NCBI GenBank assembly: GCA_025558095.1
Contig: JAIVFI010000039.1
Location: 372,001 to 436,000 of the forward strand
Length of the DNA: 64,000 nucleotides
Reading direction: 5' to 3'
Source of the DNA: Hyaloraphidium curvatum SAG 235-1
Taxonomy: Eukaryota > Fungi > Monoblepharomycota
Under the pieces are notes generated by a model. That model was not told where the DNA came from, made no database searches, and saw nothing but the letters and a program-made list of their open reading frames with translations. This document shows, piece by piece, positions 55,608-64,000 of the stretch. The position numbers and the translations under genes were made by a program. How positions within the stretch are numbered: the first letter of the stretch is position 1; the number at the start of each line of letters is the position of its first letter.

Positions 55608-57639
55608 ATGGCGTCCGCGCGCGTCGTCCCCGCGCGGGTCACCTCACTGTTGACCCGCGTGCTCCGGCCGACCGCGGGGCCCGCGCCACCCGCGCGCCCT
55701 TCCGCACGGCTCCTGCAATGCGCGCCGGTCCGCGCCGAGGCGCCCGGCGCCCTCCCCAAGTCGCCGTGGGGCGCGCCGCGCCGCGCGTCCCACACGGCCG
55801 CGTCGCCCCCGCGTCCCCAAACAAGCGCCCGCGGCGCCGCACTCGCGGCACTGGCCGGGCTGGCCTCCGCCGCCTTCCTCTTCTCGCGGCGGCGCGTCGA
55901 GGCCGAATCCAGGCCCGCCAAGCCCGCCGCGGAGCCGGAGTACTCGCTGGCCGACGTGGCAAAGCACAAGACCAAGGAGGACCGCGTGTGGGTCACATTC
56001 GAGGACGGCGTCTACGATATCACCGAGTGGATCGACGAGCACCCCGGTGGGCCGCCGCCCGTCGCCTTGAAAGGATCCTGGAAGCTGACTCCTTGCCGCA
56101 GGCGGGCCGAGGATCATGCAGGCGGCCGGCGGCCCTATCGACCCGTACTGGAAGCTCTACAAGGTCCACGGGTCGTCCAAGACGGCAATGGAGGAGCTCA
56201 AGAAGATGCGGATCGGGAGGCTCAAGGCCGGGGAGCGGCCCGACCTGACCATCGCGGACGAGTTTGAGAACGAGCCCGAGCGGTCGGCCGAGCTGGTCGT
56301 GCGGAGCCCTCAACCGTTGAATGCCGGTGGGTGTCACTCGGGGCCGTCAAGAGATAGTCATATTGACATGATCCACACTTGGCATCCACAGAGACGCCCA
56401 GCTACGCCCTCTCGGACGAGTTCATCACCCCCACCGACCTCTTCTACGTCCGCGGCCACTTCCCCGTCCCCGACATCGACCCCGCCGCCTACACCCTCGA
56501 GATCACCGGCCTCGGCGTGCGCCCCCTCGTCCTGACCCTGGACGACCTCCGCACGCGCTTCCCGCACGCGAGCATATGCTGCTCCCTGCAGTGCGCCGGC
56601 AACAGGCGCCGCGACATGTCCTCGGAGCGCGCGACGCAGGGGCTGCAGTGGGCGTCGGGGGCCATCGGGACCGCGGTGTTCACGGGGGTCAGGCTGAGGG
56701 ACGTGCTGCGGTACGCGGGGCTGCTCGAGATACCCAAGGGGGAGAACGTCAAGTGCAACGTGCGCCACGTTCAGGTGAGCCGGGTGTGGCCGCTCGTCCT
56801 TCGTCGCTGACGCATTTCCCAGTTCGAGGGGTACGACGGCTACGGCGGCTCGATCGACATCTCCAAGGCCTACGACGAGGAAGCCGACGTCATCCTCGCC
56901 TGGTCCATGAACGGCCAGCCCCTCGACCGCGACCACGGCGCGCCCGTCCGCGTGGTGGTCCCCGGCCGCGTCGCCGCGCGCAGCGTCAAGTTCCTAAAGA
57001 CCGTCCGGCTCTCGGACAGGGAGAGCCCCGCGCAGTGGCAACAGCGGGACTACCGCATCCCCCCGCCCTACGCCGACCCGGCGACGTACGACCTCGCCGA
57101 GGCGCCGCCGATACAGGAGCTCCCCGTGCAGAGCGCGATCACCTCGCCGGACCCCGAGCAGGGCGCGGTGCTGGGCGCCGGGGAGGCGGAGCTGCTGCTC
57201 AAGGGCTACGCGGTCTCGGGCGCGCGCAGGCGGATCCTCCGCGTCGACGTGTCGGTGGACGGCGGGGAGACGTGGAGGGGGGCGAGGATCACGGACGGCA
57301 AAGCGTGGCTGGCCTCGGACCCCGACGCCGCGGGGCTGGGCGAGGCCGAGAGGCGCGCGGTCTGGGACGGGTCGCAGAAGGGCTGGTGCTGGGTCAAGTG
57401 GGAGCTGAGGGTGCCGAGGGAGGAGCTGCTGAGGGGGGCCAAGGACGGGGAGGTGGAGGTGGTGTGCAAGGCGGTCAATTCGGCGTTCAACGTGCAGCCC
57501 GAGAAGGTGGGTCGTCCCCGCGGCGCGGCCGGGGCGGTGCGAAAGGGGCTGACGATGGGAGCAGCACGCGCCGGTGTACAACTACAGGGGATTCCTGGCC
57601 AACGCGTGGCACAGGCTCAAGATCAAGATCGAGGGGTGA
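55608..57639 (+). CDS. Sulfite oxidase (presequence/TM, cytochrome b5, Moco and dimerisation domains)
   Basis: Cytochrome b5 motifs YSLADVAKH..RVWV..GVYDITEWIDEHPG. Moco motifs LFYVRGHFPVP, LQCAGNRR, WSMNG.PL..DHGAPVR..PG.V.ARSVK, and YNYRG.LAN.WH. Confidence 0.93.
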
Positions 57640-57826
57640 GGCGCCGGGCGGTCCGGGCCGCACCGGGGGACGGGCCGCAGGACGGCCGCCCGCCCGGTTT
57701 ATCTGTGTATGCTGACATTCAAATCAACGGGACCGGATTGGAAGCCGGCAAGGCTCCGTTGGAGGACCGTGCATCTGGCCGCGCGGAACGATCGACGCGT
57801 CCGCAAACAACGCGAAGGCGGCCACC

Positions 57827-58791
57827 ATGAACGAGACCGCGTTCGAGACGCTCCCCGCGTCCGTCGAGCGCGCGGGGATGGAGTAGATGCAGGCGGCCCT
57901 GGCCGCCATCGACGGGGCCGAGGGCAGCGACGCGAAATAGAAGGCCCTGTGCGAGGTCAACCCGACAACTACGCCGATGAAATCAGTTGGAAGCTGGCCA
58001 AGTTCATGAGGGTGGGATCCGGCGCGTTGAAGGGCCGAATTGTGGCTCTGAATGGTCTCCGTCTGGCAGTACTCCACCCCGACGCGCATCTCCGAAGCCA
58101 CGCCCTACCTCCACCGCGTCCTCGAGCGGCACTACCGCGTCAACCCTCCAGCTTCGACACCGTCCCGGAGCTGTACCTCGCCGTGGCCCTGCACAAGGTC
58201 CCCGGCGCGGATGAGGAGGCCGAGGCGCGGTTCAAAATGGCGTTCGCGGCGTCCGACATAAAGAGCGCGTGGCACACGGCGCTCTGGGCGAGGGGGGCGT
58301 ACTCGAGGCTGCTGAGGAGGGTGGGGAAGGTGGAGGAGGCGGAGAGGCAGGAGGAGGAGCTGAGGTGGGGCATCGTGCCGCCGCCGAGGCGGTCATCTGC
58401 TCACCGCAGGCACAGGAACTACGTCCGTGGGCACCCGTAAGGCATGCCCCCCTCCGAGTTCCGCGCGCTCGTGCTGGACCCCGAGCACACGGGTCGGGAG
58501 CACATCCTCGGCTGCCCCGAGGCCGCGGACCTCTGGTCCGGCGCCTCCGAGATGGCCCCGGGGATCATGATCCGCGGGTTCGGCGGCGCCGGCGCGGGGG
58601 GCACGGTGTTCGTGTCGCCCGGGGCGATGCGGAGCGGGGCCAAGGCGGCCAAGGGGAAGATCGTCGAGGTGGACGAGGAGGAGGAGATGTGGGAGGACGT
58701 GGATTCGGACGACGAGATGGACGGGGACGAGGAGGAGGAGGACGAAGATGGGGAGGACGAAGAAGGGGAGGACGAAGGAGGCGAGAAGTGA
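57827..58791 (+). pseudogene. Disrupted gene for a helical/TPR-like fungal hypothetical protein with an acidic tail
   Basis: In-frame stops at 57884 (TAG), 57938 (TAG) and 58438 (TAA), and frameshifts near 57961 and 58145. Otherwise coherent: LAKFMR/YSTPTRISEA..LYLAVALHK..LWARGAYSRLLRR..EA..QE..R/NY..HP*GMPPS.F..LV.D. Confidence 0.7.
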
Positions 58792-59689
58792 GCGATACCT
58801 GGACGTAGGTTGCGTATTGGTTCGCATCCCGTGTTTTTACCTACTATGCCGACACGCCGAAAGAAACATGGATGCTGCACGCAGTGTCGAGTTAAGCGGC
58901 CAGCCGCGCCGTGCTGACCGGGCCTCACTCGTCGCGCGCGAGCCTGCTTGCCACACTCACCACACCATCGCCGGATCCAGACCGGTCCATCGGGCGCCGC
59001 ACTGCCGACGCCCGACTGCGATGGCGCGCTCCGGCGCGCCGATGCGCGGGTTTGCCCGAGGGTTCGGCTCGACGTATTCGCGGGCCTTGGCGGTGCCGGT
59101 CGAGGAGCGCCGACCGGGCGGACGGGGCGGACGGGTTTGGGTTTGGGACCGCAGTCGGAGCCCGATGGTTCCGGAACCCGCCGGGCGGGATCAGACGACG
59201 CTCGAGGTAGGCGGTTGCGGGCGTCAGCTCCCCGGCCTTGGACGCCGAGACCGTCGCGGCCGGCCAAACCGGGCACGACGAGCACATCCCGCCCTGGCCG
59301 CACGTGGTCCGACCAGCCCGAGTGTTCCGATTCGAAGGACGGCGGGATCTATGGGCTTTGCTCGGGTTTGCCGGGGGGTGGTGCCCGCGGGAGACCCTTG
59401 CCGCCCGAACCCGGTCTCCGGCGCATTGGGGGACAGAGACGGCAAGGCAGAGGCTGATTCTTGAGCCCCGAAGTTGCTAGCATTTCGGCACTTCCCGTTG
59501 TATGGCACACGATGCAGTTCGTGCAGGGAAGCAGCGCGGCCGGATCTTCCGCAGGGCCTTCCGGGGTCCAGACCCCCCGCGTCGGGCGCACGGGACGCCC
59601 CCCGGCAAACGGCCGGAGCACTGATCCAAAGGTATTCAAAAGCGCCTTGCCGCGACGCCACAGACCGCCGCCGCCACCGCCTGCCCGCC

Positions 59690-60688
59690 ATGCTCGGCGG
59701 CGACGACCTCCGCGCCGCCGCGATGTTCGCCCCGCTAGCGCACGCGGCCGGCCCCGCCCGCGCACCTCCGGCGCTCGCGCCCGCCCTCCCGACGCCGCCG
59801 AACCCGGCGCCACCGCCACACGCCTTCCCGCCGTCCGACCCGGCAACCCACGAGCGCTCGCGCTCGGCGCCGCCGCACAACGCGCCACTATGCGGCGAGC
59901 TGTCCAACCGCGGCGGCAGGGACTTCTTCCGATGCACCCTGGACGGTCGGCTCTTCGACCTCGACGCCACCCTGGACGTCAGCGAGGCAGAGGTGCGCGA
60001 GTGGGCTGTATACCCGGGCAAGCCGTCCGACGCCCCCGCCGACGCCGCGAGCAGGAAGGCCGGTAACAGGTCCGTCTTCGAGGTGCGTGCCCCTGCAGAC
60101 TTACAGAGCAGCGATCGCTAACTCCTTGTGCCCTGCCGGTCGCAGCACGCCGTCAACGTGCAGGCCGCCAAGTTCGTCCTCCTCAACCCCGCCCTGCGCC
60201 GCGAGCGCAAGTTCGTCCGCTGCCGCATCCTCGAGGCCTACCGCAACTCGCACCCGGAATTCATGAGCCGCCGTGCCAAGCAGCGGATGCGGATGCGGAG
60301 CGGGGGCCGCAAGAAGGCGCCCGACCCCGGAAGCCCCGGATCGGCGTCGGACGGCACCGCCTCGCCGAGCTTCGGGTGGCTCGCCTCGCCCAGCTTCGGC
60401 TGGTCGTCCGCCTCGGGAAGCTCGAGCTTCGAGACCATGGCGGCGTTCGACAGCGCCCCTGCGCCCCAGCGCTTCCCGGCCCTCCAGGAACTCGGCATCG
60501 GCGGGGTCCACTGCTCCTACCCCGCCTCCACCGCCCGCGACATCCCCCTCTTCTTCCCGCCGGTGATCGACCTCGCGCCGATGCCCGGCCCCTCCTCGCC
60601 GGCACCCCCGCGGTTGCCAAACCTCGAGGTGCTCGCCGAGATCGCGGTGCAGCTGCTCCCGGAAGCCTGCGCCGGCTGCGGGCTCTGA
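59690..60688 (+). CDS. Putative DNA-binding regulator, LNP..YRN..SRR family paralog 3
   Basis: DFFRCTLDGRLFDLDATL...WAVYP...GNRSVFE, an intron at 60083-60145, then HAVNVQAAKFVLLNPALR...ILEAYRNSHPEFMSRRAKQR. Confidence 0.7.
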
Positions 60689-60857
60689 CTTGACCTGATT
60701 CCACTCGCGGGGCGGCTTCGGTTGCCGTCCCCCCACTCGGCCTCTAGGACTCGTTCACGCTCCTGTGGTCACAACTACCCCATGTCGGATGTACCCATTC
60801 CTGATGGCAAAAACTGTGTTGTCTTCGGATCCATTGCCCCGCGTCCGCCCGCCGCGC

Positions 60858-61915
60858 CTACATCCTCGGCCTGTACTCCTTCCCCGTCTCGTCGTCGCTG
60901 TTCCACTCCATCCTGATCCTCCGCGCCAGCGGTCCCCTCTCCTCCCTGGTGTAGATGTGCCCCAGCTTCCCCCACCCCCCGAACCCGTATCCCAGGAGGC
61001 GCTGCAGCCTCTCCGGCATCCGCGCCGCGCGGTCCTGCGGCACCGAGACGAGGAAGCACTCCTGCGGCCGCACCCAGCCCGCGCAGTACGCGAGGGTGAC
61101 CCCGTGCCGCGTCAGGGAGGTGCGGTTGGCGCCGCCGCCGTGGTAGGTGGAGCCGAGGACGAAGAGGGCCGAGCGGGGGGGCATGGAGGCGCGGAGGGTG
61201 GGGTAGGTGGCGGCGGGGTCGGGCTGTAGACGGGGGCGGGCACGAGGGACGGGAGGAGAGTGTCAATCAGGGACGGGCGCGGCACGACGGGGGAGACAAA
61301 CGTAGCGGTCGAGACGGTGCGAGCCGGGGAGCACATGCGTGGCTCCATTCTCGGGGGTGAACTCGCTCAGGGAGAGAATCACGTTGACGTAAATCTCGGG
61401 ATGGGGTCGGCGCTGGTTGTACAGGCCGTCGTCGGCGTGGATCGCCTGGGCCTGTGGGGCACAACCGAGGGCCTTTGGTCAGAACGGGCAAGCTCCTGAC
61501 GGTACCGTTGCCTGAATCCCACCTTTTCCCCCGGGCCAATGCTCACGGTCCCCAGCGTCCCCAGCAGCATATCCTTCCCCAGCACCTTCTCCACCACCGG
61601 CAGCACCCTCGGCAGCAGCGGCACCTCGGCCCACTCGTCGTCCGCGTTGAGCAGGTCGAAGAACCGGTACGTGTTGCGCCCGTGGAAGTCCTGCGCCAGC
61701 ACGCGGTGCCAGCCGCCCGCCATGTAGCGCTCGATGTGGGAGAGGAGGGAGGTGCACAAAGAGGGTGGGACGGCGTCGGGGAGGATGGCGAAGCCGTCGC
61801 GGAGGAGGGCGGAGGCGACTTCGTCGGGGGTGGCGATGGCGGCGAGGACGGGGGCGCAGCCCGGGGAGGAGGCGGAGGGCGACGCGGAAGGCGAGGCGGA
61901 GGCAGAGGCAGACAT
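60858..61915 (-). CDS. Phytanoyl-CoA dioxygenase (PhyH) family 2OG-Fe(II) dioxygenase, 2 introns
   Basis: Motifs LLRDGFAIL, IGPGEK/AQAIHADD (HxD), NVILSLSEFTPENGATHVLPGSH, GSTYHGGGAN and YCAGWVRPQE. Confidence 0.9.
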
Positions 61916-62072
61916 TTTGCTGACCACGGATACCAGTGGAGAGAGGGGCGCAGGCTCCTTTGGCGACAGAGGCTCGAGCGATGTCTCCCGCGAAGGAGAT
62001 GTGGCAAGTGGAGCTCCGTGTGGAACGCGTCCTGCGGTAGCTCTCCAACGCCTCCTAATCGGGCTCCGAACG

Positions 62073-63744
62073 ATGGCGCTCAAGCTCTCTCTAGTTGTGG
62101 ACCGCGACTTTGCCGTCGCCGCGGTGCCCGACCGCCTCTTCGGGTCCTTTGCGGAGCACCTCGGTCGCAGCATCTACGGCGGCCTGTACGAGCCCGGCCA
62201 CCCGACCGCCACGCCCGAGGGCTTCCGCGGGGACGTGCTGGAGCTCGTGCGCGAGCTCGGCGTGACGCTGGTGCGGTACCCGGGCGGGAATTTTGTTTCG
62301 AACTACAAGTGGGAGGATGGCGTCGGACCGCGTTCGAAGCGGCCCGTGCGGCGCGACCTCGCCTGGGTGTCCCTGGAGAGCAACCAGTTCGGCACGGACG
62401 AGTTCGTTTCCTGGTGCCGCGCTGCCGGGGTCGAGCCCATGCTGGCGGTGAACCTCGGGACGCGCGGCCCCTCCGAGGCAGGCGACCTCGCGGAATACTG
62501 CAACCACCCCTCCGGCACCCCGCTCTCCGACATGCGCATCGCCAACGTCGGTCACGCCGAGCCGTACGGGGTGAAGCTGTGGTGCCTGGGCAACGAAATG
62601 GACGGCGATTGGCAGATGGGAAGCATGCCCGCGGCCGAGTACGGGCGCAAGGCCCGCGAGGCGGCCAAGATGATCGCCGGGCGGCCGGACTCAACCACCG
62701 GAAAGCCCGAAGGCGGGCTCGAGTTCGTCGCCTGCGGCTCGTCCAACCGCGGGATGCCGAGCTACGCGGCTTGGGACCAGGGGGTGCTCGAGGAATGCTT
62801 CGACCACGTGGACTACATCTCCGTGCACGCGTACGTCGATCCCGCGCGGACGGACGTGCCGGGGCTGCTCGCGTTCCCCGAGACCGTGGGCAAGATGATC
62901 AGCGAGATTTCTGCCGTCTGCGACGCCGTCGCCGCGCGGCGGCGCAGCCAAAAGCGTACACACATCTCCTTTGACGAGTGGAACGTGTGGTATCTCTCCC
63001 GCGTGGCCTCGGACGTGCGCCCCTGGGCCTCGGCGCCGCCTCTGCTCGAGGACGTGTACACGCTCGCCGACGCGCTCTGCGTGGGCGGGATGCTCATCGT
63101 GCTGCTCAATAATTGCGACCGCGTGAGGATCGCGTGCCAGGCACAGCTGGTCAATGTCATCGGGCCCATCATGACCCGCACGGGCGGGCCGGCGTGGAGG
63201 CAGACCGTCTTCCACCCGTTCGCGCAGGCGGCGAGGTACGGGGGGGGAGGTGCTGCGGCTGGCAGCGAGGGGGAAGGTGCCGATGGTCACGGGGGCGGGG
63301 AAGGGGGAGGTGCCGGCGATCCTGGCGACCTTTGTCGCCAAGCCGGACGGCACGGCGGAGCTGTTCGCCGTCAACCGCAGCCTGGACCGGGCCGTGGACG
63401 TCGATCTCGCGCTGCGGGGCTTCGCAGGGACGTCGAAGGTCATCGAATGGACGGTGCTTTCGGACCCCGACCTCAAGGCGGTCAACACCGAGCACGAGCC
63501 GGACAGGGTGAGGCCGAGGGCACAGGGCGGGGCACGATTAGAGGGCGGCAGCCTGAAGGCGCGGTTGCCGCCTGCTTCGTGGAACGTCATTCGATTGCGG
63601 TGGGTCTGTTGGAAGCTTTGGTGGATGCTTGTGCTCACCAAGTACTCCCAGAAGATGGGGTGTGCTTCAGACGCTATAGACGCTGACATGCATTGTGCGC
63701 ATCCTGGCGTCGAATCCTTGCAGTCCTTTCATGTCACTACGTGA
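62073..63744 (+). CDS. GH51 alpha-L-arabinofuranosidase (AbfA-like), frameshift in a G-run near 63240-63248, 3' end uncertain
   Basis: Motifs FGSFAEHLGRSIYGG, RYPGGNFVS.Y.WEDGVGP, WCLGNEMDG.WQ (acid/base), SFDEWNVW (nucleophile) and CQAQLVNVI. The C-terminal domain continues in another frame (VLRL...LFAVNR...LPPASWNVIRL). Confidence 0.92.
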
Positions 63745-63885
63745 GCTGTGCAAAGTTCATGTCTCCCAGCGGGCGTGGAATTCTCGAACGGTCCTCAGGA
63801 TCCAAGAGTTCCGAAGAATCTTCCGCATTTCACCTGATCGAAGACCAAGGGCCAATCGTCCTCGTCTGGCACCCTTCTCAGAGCT

Positions 63886-64000
63886 ATGGCAGCGCCAGCA
63901 ACTCCCACGGCTCCCTCGCCCTTTCCCGGCGTCGTCACCAACGTCTACGGGAACTGGTTCGACCGCAGCGCCCGCGTCCCGCGCAACGCGCCGCCCGCCG
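63886..64000 (+). CDS. 5' start of an unidentified gene (partial)
   Basis: ATG at 63886 is open to the window end (MAAPATPTAPSPFPGVVTNVYGNWFDRSARVP...) with coding-like codon usage. Confidence 0.35.
   Translation, partial: MAAPATPTAPSPFPGVVTNVYGNWFDRSARVPRNAPPA

Noticed and set aside
57827-58791. Alternative genetic code (TAG/TAA read as sense)
   Set aside because: Neighbouring well-conserved genes terminate at TAG or TAA at the expected positions (e.g. 1982-1984, the sulfatase, SDR and PhyH), and this locus also has frameshifts.
53510-63744. Bacterial contamination or chimeric contig
   Set aside because: The bacterial-like genes are interleaved at short distance with intron-containing eukaryotic genes, have similar GC and codon style, and show no operon structure.

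Overview
A GC-rich, gene-dense eukaryotic window. Short GT..AG introns with CTRAY-like branch points and a Zn(II)2Cys6 factor indicate a fungus. An early-diverging chytrid or monoblepharid lineage is my inference from gene style and is not proven. About 30 genes or gene remnants are present. The enzyme genes include an ABCG transporter 3' end, a saccharopine dehydrogenase-like oxidoreductase, two Baeyer-Villiger/flavin monooxygenases, SDRs, a bicupin, a hot-dog thioesterase, a gamma-glutamylcyclotransferase, an arylsulfatase, a sulfite oxidase, a PhyH dioxygenase and a GH51 arabinofuranosidase. Other genes encode SOUL, PPR, F-box and MYND proteins, plus two receptor-like single-pass mucin/lectin proteins, one with an SH3 domain. 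The most notable feature is an array at 17.3-28.3 kb of five intronless paralogs (3 intact, 2 broken, around a CRE-type retrotransposon RT fragment). Their 7-TM layout and TM7 motif resemble the insect gustatory/odorant receptor, GRL and DUF3537 ion-channel superfamily, with extra conserved Cys motifs. Also notable are three dispersed paralogs of a putative new transcription-factor family with conserved intron positions, a double-NTF2 protein with a duplicated 49-aa tail, a pseudo-SDR fused to DWKKYA repeats, and several bacterial-looking genes or domains. All family assignments come from motif recognition by eye, and exon boundaries were inferred manually. No searches were run.
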